This document shows positions 38,196-49,440 of a stretch of DNA of 64,000 nucleotides, piece by piece; position 1 is the first letter of the stretch, and every line of letters begins with the position of its first letter. The stretch covers positions 4,898,001-4,962,000 of the forward strand of contig NC_086108.1 in NCBI RefSeq assembly GCF_963921235.1, given 5' to 3'. Origin of the DNA: Mobula hypostoma. Its lineage: Eukaryota. Both the position numbers and the translations under genes were made by a program. The notes below the pieces were generated by a model. The model was not told the origin of the DNA and ran no database searches. It saw nothing but the letters and a program-made list of their open reading frames with translations.

Positions 38196-39131
38196 ATGAC
38201 TGTGAGGGCAGTTTGCTGTTCTCGGTGTCGGATGTGGGAGGCCCTGGACGCTCCAAGCCTCCCGGACGTCTACATCTGCGCCAAGTGCATCGAGATGCAG
38301 CTCCTAAGGGACTGCGTTACGGAACTGGAGCTGCAGCTCGATGACCTTCGTCTGGTCAGGGAGAGTGAGGAGGTGATAGAGAGGAGTGGAAGGCAGGTGG
38401 TCACACCGCGGCCACGGGAGGCAGACAAGTGGGTCACGGTTCGGAGGGGGAAGGGGAAGAGTCAGGTAATAGGGAGTACCCCGGTGGCTGTGCCCCTTAA
38501 CAACAGGTACTCCTGTTTGAGTACTGTTGGGGGGGACAGCTTACCCGGGGGAAGCAACAGTGGCCATGCCTCCGGCACAGAGTCTGCCCCTGCAGCTCAG
38601 AAGGGTAGGGCAAGGAAGAGGAGGGCAGTTGTGATAGGGGACTCGATAGTAAGGGGGTCAGATAGGCGATTCTGTGGACGCAGTCCAGAGACCCGGATGG
38701 TAGTTTGCCTCCCTGGTGCCAGGGTCCGGGATATTTCTGATCATGTCCAAGATATCCTGAAGTGGGAGGGTGAGGAGCCAGAGGTCGTGGTACGTATAGG
38801 TACCAATGACATAGGTAGGAAAAGGGAAGAGGTCCTGAAAGGAGAATATAGGGAGCTAGGTAGGGAGTTGAGAAAAAGGACCGCAAAGGTAGTAATCTCG
38901 GGATTACTGCCTGTGCCACGTGACAGTGAGAGTAGGAATGCGATGAGGTGGAAGATAAATGCGTGGCTGAGGGATTGGAGCAGGAGGCAGGGATTCAAGT
39001 TTTTGGATCATTGGGACCTCTTTTGGCGCAGGCGTGACCTGTACGAAAAGGACGGGTTACACTTGAATCATAGGGGGACCAATATCCTGGCAGGAAGATT
39101 AGCGGGGGCTACTGAGGTGACTTTAAACTAG
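38196..39131 (+). CDS. CR1 ORF1p (zinc finger/leucine zipper plus SGNH esterase-like domain), open frame
   Basis: CxxC...CxxC, coiled coil, and VIGDSIVRG, GTND and DGLHLN blocks. Confidence 0.88.
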   Translation: MTVRAVCCSRCRMWEALDAPSLPDVYICAKCIEMQLLRDCVTELELQLDDLRLVRESEEVIERSGRQVVTPRPREADKWVTVRRGKGKSQVIGSTPVAVPLNNRYSCLSTVGGDSLPGGSNSGHASGTESAPAAQKGRARKRRAVVIGDSIVRGSDRRFCGRSPETRMVVCLPGARVRDISDHVQDILKWEGEEPEVVVRIGTNDIGRKREEVLKGEYRELGRELRKRTAKVVISGLLPVPRDSESRNAMRWKINAWLRDWSRRQGFKFLDHWDLFWRRRDLYEKDGLHLNHRGTNILAGRLAGATEVTLN

Positions 39132-39368
39132 AATGGTTGGGGGGTGGGAATCAAATTAAAGAGGCTAGGCGAGAGGAGGTTAGTTCACAACAGGGGGATG
39201 GGAACCAGTGCAGAGAGACAGAGGGGTGTAAAGTGAGGGTAGAAGCAAAAAGTACTAAGGAGAAAAGTAAAAGTGGCAGGCCGACAAATCCAGGGCAAGC
39301 ATTAAAAAGGGCCACTTTTCAACATAATTGTATAAGGGCTAAGAGTTGTAAAAGAGCGCCTGAAGGCT

Positions 39369-42150
39369 TTGTGTGTCAATGCAAGGAGCATTCGTAATAA
39401 GGTGGATGAATTGAAAGTGCAGATTGTTATTAATGATTATGATATAGTTGGGATCACAGAGACATGGCTCCAGGGTGACCAAGGATGGGAGCTCGACGTT
39501 CAGGGATATTCAATATTCAGGAGGGATAGACATGAAGGCAGGGGAGGTGGGGTGGCGTTGCTGGTTAAAGAAGAGATTAACGCAATAGAAAGGAAGGACA
39601 TAAGCCGGGAAGATGTGGAATCGATATGGGTAGAGCTGCATAACACTAAGGGGCAGAAGACGCTGGTGGGAGTTGTGTACAGGCCACCTAACAGTAGTAG
39701 TGAGGTCGGAGATGGTATTAAACAGGAAATTAGAAATGTGTGCAATAAAGGAACAGCAGTTATAATGGGTGACTTCAATCTACATGTAGACTGGGTGAAC
39801 CAAATTGGTAAAGGTGCTGAGGAAGAGGATTTCTTGGAATGTATGCGGGATGGTTTTTTGAACCAACATGTCGAGGAACCAACTAGAGAGCAGGCTATTC
39901 TGGACTGGGTTTTGAGCAATGAGGAAGGGTTAATTAGCAATCTTGTCGTGAGAGGCCCCTTGGGTAAGAGTGACCATAATATGGTGGAATTCTTCATTAA
40001 GATGGAGAGTGACATAGTTAATTCAGAAACAAAGGTTCTGAACTTAAAGAGGGGTAACTTTGAAGGTATGAGACGTGAATTAGCTAAGATAGACTGGCAA
40101 ATGACACTTAAAGGATTGACGGTGGATATGCAATGGCAAGCATTTAAAGGTTGCATGGATGAACTACAACAATTGTTCATCCCAGTTTGGCAAAAGAATA
40201 AATCAAGGAAGGTAGTGTACCCGTGGCTGACAAAAGAAATTAGGGATAGTATCAATTCCAAAGAAGAAGCATACAAATTAGCCAGAAAAAGTGGCTCACC
40301 TGAGGACTGGGAGAAATTCAGAGTTCAGCAGAGGAGGACAAAGGGCTTAAGTAGGAAGGGGAAAAAAGATTATGAGAGAAAACTGGCAGGGAACATAAAA
40401 GCTGACTGTAAAAGCTTTTATAGATATGTAAAAAGGAAAAGACTGGTAAAGACGAATGTAGGTCCCCTACAGACAGAAACAGGTGAATTGATTATGGGGA
40501 GCAAGGACATGGCAGACCAATTGAATAATTACTTTGGTTCTGTCTTCACTAAGGAAGACATAAATAATCTTCCAGAAATAGTAGGGGACAGAGGGTCCAG
40601 TGAGATGGAGGAACTGAGCAAAATACATGTTAGTAGGGAAGTGGTGTTAGGTAAATTGAAGGGATTGAAGGCAGATAAATCCCCAGGGCCAGATGGTCTG
40701 CATCCTAGAGTACTTAAGGAAGTAGCCCAAGAAATAGTGGATGCATTAGTGATAATTTTTCAAAACTCGTTAGATTCTGGACTAGTTCCTGAGGATTGGA
40801 GGGTGGTTAATGTAACCCCACTTTTTAAAAAAGGAGGGAGAGAGAAACCGGGGAATTATAGACCGGTTAGCCTAACGTCGGTGGTGGGGAAACTGCTGGA
40901 GTCAGTTATCAAAGATGTGATAACAGCACATTTGGAAAGCGGTGAAATCATCGGACAAAGTCAGCATGGATTTGTGAAAGGAAAATCATGTCTGACGAAT
41001 CTCAGAATTTTTTGAGGATGTAATTAGTAGAGTGGATAGGGGAGAACCAGTGGATGTGGTATATTTGGATTTTCAAAAGGCTTTTGACAAGGTCCCACAC
41101 AGGAGATTAGTGTGCAAACTTAAAGCACACGGTATTGGGGGTAAGGTATTGATGTGGATGGAGAATTGGTTAGCAGACAGGAAGCAAAGAGTGGGAATAA
41201 ACGGGACCTTTTCAGAATGGCAGGCGGTGACTAGTGGGGTATCGCAAAGCTCAGTGCTGGGGCCCCAGTTGTTTACAATATATATTAATGACTTGGATGA
41301 GGGAATTAAATGCAGCATCTCCAAGTTTGCAGATGACACGAAGCTGGGTGGCAGTGTTAGCTGTGAGGAGGATGCTAAGAGGATGCAGGGTGACTTGGAT
41401 AGGTTGGGTGAGTGGGCAAATTCATGGCAGATGCAATTTAATGTGGATAAATGTCTAGTTATCCACTTTGGTGGCAAAACTAGGAAAACAGATTATTATC
41501 TGAATGTTGGCCGATTAGGAAAAGGGGAGGTGCAACGAGACCTGGGTGTCATTATACACCAGTCATTGAAAGTGGGCATGCAGGTACAGCAGGCGGTGAA
41601 AAAGGCGAATGGTATGCTGGCATTTATAGCGAGAGGATTCGAGTACAGGCTGCAGTTGTACAAGGCCTTGGTGAGACCACACCTGGAGTATTGTTTGCAG
41701 TTTTGGTCCCCTAATCTGAGGAAAGACATCCTTGCCATAGAGGGAGTACAAAGAAGGTTCACCAGATTGATTCCTGGGATGGCAGGACTTTCATATGAAG
41801 AAAGACTGGATGAACTGGGCTTGTACTCGTTGGAATTTAGAAGATTGAGGGGGTATCTGATTGAAACGTATAAAATCCTAAAGGGATTGGACAGGCTAGA
41901 TGCAAGAAGATTGTTCCCGATGTTGGGGAAGTCCAGAACGAGGGGTCACAGTTTGAGGATAAAGGGGAAGCCTTTTAGGACCGAGATTAGGAAAAACTTC
42001 TTCACACAGAGAGTGGTGAATCTGTGGAATTCTCTGCCACAGGAAACAGTTGAGGCCAGTTCATTGGCTATATTTAAGAGGGAGTTAGGTATGGCCCTTG
42101 TGGCTACGGGGATCAGGGGGTATGGAGGGAAGGCTGGGGCGGGGTTCTGA
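39369..42150 (+). pseudogene. CR1 ORF2p (APE endonuclease plus reverse transcriptase) with one frameshift near 41005
   Basis: NARS, GITETW, GDFN, SDH, NYRPVSLTS, DFQKAFD and FADD motifs. The frame breaks at CLTNL/EFFED and PQGS reads SQSS. Confidence 0.93.
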
Positions 42151-42275
42151 GTTGGATGATCAGCCATGATCATAATAAATGGCGGTGCAGGCTCAAAGGG
42201 CTGAATGGCCTACTCCTGCACCTATTTTCTATGTTTCTATGTTTCTAAACCCCAGAAAGGAAAATACAACAATGT

Positions 42276-42700
42276 ATGGAAGAAAGCAGTTCTGATGAAA
42301 ATGACTCAGACGAAAGTGAATTGTTTTGTCTGCAACTTCACAGCATGAAAGAGACAGATGATCGAAGAGTAATAAGGATCACTCCACAAGTGGCAGGCGT
42401 GAGACTGAAAATGGCGTTGGACACAGGCTCAGCTTTAACAGTGATCTCTGTAGACGACTACAAATGACTGTTTTCTCACATAACTCTGAAATGAACTAAA
42501 CTACTGCTAAAGACTTACACAGGACAGAAAGTGCATCCCAAAGGCAAAATTAAAGTGACAGTGACCTAAGGAGACAAAATACAGCAGCTGAACCTCTCTG
42601 TACTGAAAAATGGAGGACGACTGTTGCTGGGGCGGGAATGGCTCAGGAAAATCCAGTTGGATTGGCACACCATCAAGACACTAGATGTGTCAACACAGGA
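42276..42700 (+). pseudogene. Gypsy aspartic protease with in-frame stops
   Basis: LDTGSALTVIS...LKTYTG...LLGREWL in one frame, with stops at 42465, 42492 and 42567. Confidence 0.9.
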
Positions 42701-42719
42701 GGGCAGTTCAGCGGGGAAG

Positions 42720-43626
42720 ATGTCCGCGGCTCTCTTCTCATTCATTGTCGATTATTACAAAGATGAGGAGGAGCTAGACAACATCAACGATGAGGATGAA
42801 TGCAGTATCCGTGGCCGCGACTCGGATGAAGATACAGAAGATGCAAGGGAGACAGATATTGCCAATAAGCAGGATGATGAAGACTACCTGGAAGTAAAAG
42901 AGCAGATGTACCAGGAGAAATTGGCATCTCTCAAAAGACAGCTACAGCAGTTACAGGAAGGCACTTTGTAGGAGTATCAGAAAAGGATGAAGAAACTAGC
43001 TCAACAATACAAGGAAAGAATTCGAAATGCAGAGCTTTTTCTGCAGCTGGAGACGGAACAAGTGGGAAGGAATTATATTAAAGAGAAGAAAGCAGCAGTG
43101 AAGGAATTTGAGGATAAAAAGATTGAGTTAGAAAAAAGAAAAAGATGATTGAGAATGAGAGGTTAACAATGGAACTCACAGGAGATTCTATGGAGGTAAA
43201 GCCAATAATGACCCTGTTCCAATTACAGACAAAAGACGAAAACCTGCACCTGCGCAGTTAAATTACTTGTTAACAGATGAACAGATAATGGAAGATCTGC
43301 GAACTCTCAATAAGCTTAAGTATCCGAAAAGACCAGCATCTCCGTCTGCTCCTGAGCATCTTCCCAGTCCTCCTGCAGAATCACCAGCACAAAGATATGA
43401 AGCACGAATAGAAGATGGAAAGATATATAACGATAAGAGATGGTATCATAAAGGTCAGACTATCTATTTGGATTCTAAGGAGAATACGAAGATTGGCTGT
43501 GTAATTAGCTCATTTAAAACAAATGAGATATGGGTAAGGAAGACAAGCGATAGCACAAAGATGGGAATAAAACTAGGACAGCTGCACAGAGGAGTCTTCA
43601 TTATACGGAGGCGATCTGCTGCCTAG
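42720..43626 (+). pseudogene. SUDS3: Processed (intronless) copy of Sin3 HDAC corepressor complex component SDS3
   Basis: MSAA...[12 protein letters not shown]...[33 protein letters not shown]...[16 protein letters not shown]...[13 protein letters not shown]...[30 protein letters not shown]...[13 protein letters not shown]...IRRRSAA* matches vertebrate SUDS3 as I recall it, from start to stop. It has a TAG at 42969 and two frameshifting deletions (~43130, ~43210). Confidence 0.95.
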
Positions 43627-43716
43627 AATTCTTAGCAAGTTGGAGGCGCACACCTTCTTAACTCCCTATGCTCAAAGGTCAACTTTTCATGACTTCTATA
43701 TGGAAATCTGTATTAA

Positions 43717-43722
43717 AATAAA
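43717..43722 (+). promoter_or_regulatory. Poly(A) signal of the captured SUDS3 3' UTR
   Basis: AATAAA ~90 nt after the stop codon and ~15 nt before retroelement sequence resumes. Confidence 0.6.
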
Positions 43723-43971
43723 CAAGTTTATTGACAGTCATTACCCGGAGAGGCAGAGAAGAACCCCCCCAGAGACTTGAGTTATAAATGGGTCTTAGAC
43801 CAAAAGTTAAAAAAAGGCTTGTTATAATTTGATATTATTATGTTACTTTGTTATGATTTGATATTATTAAGTTACTAAGTAAACAAATGGTAGGTGTTTG
43901 TATATTAAGGATAGACATATTTGTTCAGCATAGTGACCCAGTAAAAAAAACAGTTGATACACTATTAAGAT

Positions 43972-43983
43972 AAAAGGGGAGGA
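43972..43983 (+). promoter_or_regulatory. Polypurine tract
   Basis: aaaaggggagga immediately before the 3' LTR. Confidence 0.88.
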
Positions 43984-43984
43984 C

Positions 43985-44207
43985 AGTACTATATGGCCTA
44001 CAGTATAATAAGAGACTACTTTATGTTGTAGGGACACGTCGTTGCATGCACTATTAGGCACATATTAAGCTTGCGCTATTAGGCGCGTATTAATCTGTAC
44101 GTGTGTGCCGAGTTCGGATTCTGCCAGTAAAGAACCATGAAACTTAGCTCCTGTCTCCGGCGTTTTTATTAATAGCATTGTTGTGTAACCAGGCCACATA
44201 CACAACA
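43985..44207 (+). repeat. 3' LTR (223 bp)
   Basis: Direct repeat of 36644-36841. The first base is A rather than T, and there is an extra 25-bp tandem unit. Confidence 0.95.
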
Positions 44208-45899
44208 AAAAACAACATTTACCTTTTAATTCTGAGACTCTTCATCAGATCTGGGAAAGAAAGAGACCAAGGGGGTATTGAGGAGTGGATTTATAGCAGA
44301 TGTCCCCAGCCACCAGGGTCCTTGTCCATGGCATAAAAATAGGTTGGGAACCTCTGATCTATTGGATAGATGGAATACCTCTGATAGGGTGAGACCAAAT
44401 AGTTAATATAATAGATAGATGTTGCTCAAGAGCAGTTTCTTTCCTACAACCATTATATTGTGGAGTCTGCTTGTACAACGATAAAGCTACTTCAGTAATG
44501 GACTCTACAGACCACCTCTTCCACTTGTCTTCAATCATGTCTTACTTCCTCAGCTTTTCTACCTCCCAACTGCGAGCTGTGTGGGGTGTTCAGGGAGGGG
44601 TAGCACCTCTGGTGAAAGGATCTTGTGTGTTCATTCCTGGGCAGCTCGCTCACCTTTGGTCCTCACCTGTTTGTATATGACAGCAGCCACACCCCGGTAC
44701 ACCACTGTGACAGGCGGCTAAACCAGGTGAGGGTAGCCGGTGGCTTCATCCCCTGTGAGATAGGGGCATATCTGTCCCAGCACGCAAAGCCAGCTCCGGC
44801 GGACTGGGCAGATGAGACCTACAGTGAGATCTAACAGCCAGAAGGCCGTTCTGCAACGCTCCATGGGCGGCGAAGGGCATGACAAGGCACAGAAGACAAT
44901 ATGGTCGTCCACAGCAACCTAGAAAGATCCCAGTTTGTGACGCATGTTCACACCACTGGACTTGGACTTCTGAGGTCAAAAGAGTGGAACTGCTCCACTG
45001 CAAAGGATTTTCCCTTTTAAATACTCTCCCACACAGGTCTCCTGTCATCGCTGGACACAAAGGACAGCTACCACCACCACCCCCAAATGTATATGTTTAC
45101 AAATAATTGATATTCTGTAGGCACTGTACCGAGCTGCCTGTGATGCTGCTGAAAATTTAGCACAACACTTTACGCTACCAGCGACCCAGGTTCAATTCCC
45201 GCCATTATCTGTAAGGAGTTTGTACATTTTTCCCTTGACCGTGTGGGTTTCCTCCAGGTTTTCCGGTTTCCTCCCACAGTCCAAAGATGGTAGGTTAATT
45301 GGTCTTTGTAAACAGGATAGGGTTAAATCGGGGATAGCTGGGCAGCTCAGCTCAAAGGACCGAAAGGGCTCATCCCATAAGTAAAAAATAAAAATAATTT
45401 AAAATCCCTCCGAAGTTTGTACTTTATTCCAGATTGCAGTCTCTGTCTAAGTCCTTTTCTGCTTCAGGCCACCACTTTGCAGCTGTGTTTAATATTTTCA
45501 GATCACTCATTTTTCCTCACTGCACTCACACGTTATCCTCATGAAGGTGAAAAGGCATTCAGCATGCAGGCACATGCCGGCCTAGAGGAGTGGAGGGAAT
45601 GGAAAATCGATCCTCTCCCCCATTCAAAGTACAAAGTAAATTTTATTATCAAAGTATGTACATGTCACCACAAAAAAAAACCCTGGGATTCATTTTTCTG
45701 TGGGCATACTCAGCAAGTCTATGGAAATGTAACTATAACAAGATCAATGAACGATCAACCAGAGTGCAGAAAACAACAAACTGTGCAAATACAAATATAA
45801 ATAAATAGTAATAAATTATGAGAACATGAGATAAAGAGTTCTTAAAGAGTCCAAATCATTGGTTGTGGGAACATTTCAAATGATGGGGCAACTGAGTGC

Positions 45900-46270
45900 A
45901 GTTATCCCCTTTTGTTCAACAGCCTGATGGTTGAGGGGTAGTAACTGTTCCTGAACCTGGTGGAGCGAGTCCTGAGGCTCCTGTACCTTCTACCTGATGG
46001 CAGCAGTGAGAAGAGAGCACCGCCTGGGTGGTGAGGATCTCGGATGATGGATGCTGCTTTCCTACGACAGCATTTTGTGCAGATGTGCTCAGTGTTTGGG
46101 AGGGTTTTACCCATAATGTACTGAGTTGAATCTATGAGTTTCTGTAGGACTTTCGACTCAGGGACATTAGAGTTCCTATATCAGCTGCGATGCAGCCAGT
46201 CAATACACTCTCCAGTACACATCTACAGACTTTGTCAAAGTTTTAGATGTCATGCTGAATCTCTGCAGAT
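45900..46270 (-). mobile_element. Rex1/Babar-like LINE 3' fragment
   Basis: KAASIIRDPHHPGGALFSLLPSGRRYRSLRTRSTRFRNSYYP. Confidence 0.75.
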
Positions 46271-47014
46271 TCAATTAACCTTTCCAGATTCTAAACTGCA
46301 GAAATTCTGTACTGAACAGATTATTTTTTGCTTTATTCTCCTGTAGAAGGAAATGATTAGAGAACAAAGTTCTTTCATCCACAATGTACATAACAGAAAC
46401 AGATGTCCCCCCCCCCCCCACAACGCCCCGAGGATTATCTGCACAAAGCGTATACTAAGAGAAATAATCAGCATCATAAAGAGCACAGACCTGCCCGTAA
46501 AAAATGCTAAACTCTAGTCAAATTCAAATCGGGAATAGAGAACACAGCCAGTGGCAACCTGCAGATCAAAATAAGAAATATTAAATTTCAAGTACGCTCA
46601 AGTTTAACCACAACAGAACTTCCACTGAAACTTCTAACAGCAAAGCAAGGCAGCGAGCACTGTTTTGAGAAGGACTGTATAATTTAGTTTCACCGAACTG
46701 TTTCATGGGGAAAGTTCAAAGGGAATGCGAGGGGCAAGTTTTTTTTTCTCAGAGAGTGGTGGGTACCTGGAGTGCACTGGCTGATCTGGTGGTAGAGACA
46801 AAGACATTACAGGCTCTTAAGAGAGGTTTGGATAGGCACATGGATGTCAGGAAGATGGAGCAATATGGACATTGTGTAGGTAGGAGGGATTAGTTTCTGG
46901 AGTATTTTGATTTACTTTTTAGCTGGTTCAGCCCAACATTCTAAGCTGAAGGGCCTGTTCCTGTGCTGTACCATTCTATGAATTTCACCATTTTCATCTT
47001 TAGTTTTCAGTGCT

Positions 47015-47340
47015 CATCATCACCATCATTACCTGCTGTGTCGTATGCTGTGGGCGATCACGGTCCCATGACCATGATTGTTCTTGCCAAATTTTTCTAC
47101 AGAACTGGTTTGCCATTGCCCTCTTCTGGGCAGTGTCCTTACAAGACGGGTGACCCCAGTCGTTACCAATACTCTTCAGAGGGTGTCTGCCTGGCGTCAG
47201 TGGTCTCATAACCTCACACTGTCAGGGTGGGGGGCTAAGCAGGTGCCACACCTTGCCCAGGGTAACCTACAGGCTAGTGGAGGGAAGGAGAGTCTTACAC
47301 CTCCTTTGGTAGAGACACAATCCCACCCCACCACTCACAG
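47015..47340 (-). mobile_element. Family B (RTE-related) repeat
   Basis: Reverse complement of 13800-14196. Confidence 0.65.
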
Positions 47341-48654
47341 TCATCATAATCAGTTTATAGTCAACGCCTTCCACCTGTCTGACATCCCACTGTGTAATGC
47401 TTACTTTGTGCAATTTTTTTTCCCAAAGGCAAACAGAATGTCATAATAAATCTCACCGATTTTTTTTACCTGACTGAAACCCACCTGTTTGGTCTCAAGG
47501 TTAGATGGTATTGTGCTGTATCTGTCTTCAAGTATTGTCTGTGATAGGCTATAGCTATGTACACAACACCTGACCATCATTACCCTTCAAAGTTCAAAGT
47601 ATATTTATTAACCAAGTATGTACAGTATACAGTATAGGGATTCTTCTCCTTACAGGCAGCCACAAATCAAAGAAACCCAAGAGCACCTTTCCTTATAACT
47701 CAAGTGTTCCAGACCCGGCAATATCCTTGTAAAATTTCTCTGTACTCTTTCAATCATATTTACATTTTTCCTGTAGGTAGGTGACCAAAACTGCGCACAG
47801 TTTTAATGGTGTTGCTGCTTGTGTTCAAAGCAAATTTATTATCAAAGTACATATATGTTACCATATACAATTTTGAGATGCGTTTGCTTGAAGTAATAAA
47901 TCTGCAACAGAATAATAACCATAACAGAACCAATGAAGGACTGCACCAATCAGTGTGCAAAAAACTGTACAAAACATAAAGAAAGAAAAATAATAAATAA
48001 ATAAGGAACAAATATTGAGAACATGAGATGAAGAGTCCTTGAAAGTGAGTCCATAGGCTGCCCACCCCCACCCCCAGAACATCCTTGGGTTCTTAACGCA
48101 AAAAATACATTTCACTGTATGCTTTGATGTACATGCGATAAGTAAATTTGAATCGGAATCTGTGTCTGAGGCTCAAGTCAGCTGTGGCTGAACTGGTCGT
48201 GCATTAAGCAATAATCATCTCACCCCCATATACCAGCACAGACACCATAACAACAGTTACACCAGACTTTAACAGTTCAAAAGTACCTTTATTATCAGGG
48301 TGTGTATACAGTATACACCCCTGAAATTTGTCTCCCCCACAGACAACCACAAAATAAAGCAAAAAAAAACAAATCAAAGACCCAACAGGCCAAATACAAA
48401 GAACAAAGCGTGCAAACAGGAAAAAAAAACAAGAAAAACCACAAAATGTATAACATCAAACCACAGAGTCATTGAAACGGTCTAGGAATGTTCAGTTTAG
48501 GTCAGTTCAGTTCAATTTAGTGTTTTGTTGTTCACTGACTGCAGGCCCCAGAACCAATCTGCCCAAATCAAAATTTCAAAGCAATGCAAGAATTTCACAC
48601 AAGGTAAAATGCTATAACCATCAAGTGGCTTTTTTATTCAGACTTCAGGCTGCT

Positions 48655-49440
48655 AATCAGAATCAAAATTAGGTTTAACATGACTGGCATATGTCATGAA
48701 ATTTGTTAACTTTGTGGCAGTAGTACAATTCAATACGGATAAATATAGAAAAAACCTGAATTACAGTAAGTACATATGTATATGAAATAGCTAAATTAAA
48801 TAAGTAGTGCAAAAACAGAAATAAGAAAGTAGTGAGGTAGGGTTCATGGTTCAATGTCCATTCAGAAATTGGATGACAGAGGGGAAGAAGCTGTTCCTGA
48901 ATCACTGAGTGTGTGCCTTCAGGCTCCTGTACCTCCTTCCTGATGGTAACAATGAGAAGAGGGCATGTCCTGGGTGGTGAGAGTCCTTAATGATGGATGC
49001 CGCCTTTTTGAGGCACTCCTCCTTGAGGATGTCCTGGATACTATGAAGGCTAGTGCCCATGATGGAACTGATTAATTTTGCAACTCTCTGCAGCTTATTT
49101 TGATCCTGTGCAGTAGGCCCCCGCCCCCCCATACCAGACGGTGATGCAGGCAGCCAGAATGCTCTCCATGGTACATGTGTAGAAATTTGCGTGTGTTTTC
49201 GGTGACATACTAAATCTCCTCAAACTCCTAATGAACTATAGCCCGCTGTCTTGCCTTCTTTATAGCTGCATTAATATGTTGGGACGAAATTAGAACCTGA
49301 GAGATACTGACATCCAGGAACTGAAATTGCTCACTCTCTCCACTTCTGATCCCTCAATGAGGATTAGTGTGTGTTCCCTCGGCTTACTATTTCTGAAGTC
49401 CACAATCAGCTCTTTGGTCTTACTGACGTTGAGTGCAAGG
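48655..49440 (-). mobile_element. Rex1/Babar-like LINE 3' fragment
   Basis: LNVSKTKELIVDFR and KAASIIKDSHHPGHALFSLLPSGRRYRSLK motifs. Confidence 0.8.

Larger units (their letters stand above)
37934..42246 (+). mobile_element. Near full-length CR1 LINE nested between gag and protease
   Basis: 5' UTR with a ~171-bp repeat period (37933 vs 38104), ORF1, ORF2, (ttctatgt)n tail and a candidate short TSD aaac (37930-33, 42247-50). Confidence 0.95.
36336..44207 (+). mobile_element. Ty3/Gypsy LTR retrotransposon, non-autonomous, carrying a captured SUDS3 cDNA
   Basis: Two LTRs, PBS, gag, zinc knuckle, DTG protease, integrase-terminal remnant and PPT. AAAAA flanks both ends (36331-36335, 44208-44212) as a candidate TSD. 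Confidence 0.93.

Noticed and set aside
39500..40276. 258-aa minus-strand ORF and other long antisense ORFs over LINEs
   Set aside because: Shadow ORFs of CR1 ORF2 with no independent protein signature.
42720..43626. Functional host SUDS3 gene
   Set aside because: Intronless, with a premature TAG at 42969 and two frameshifts, and embedded between retrotransposon LTRs.
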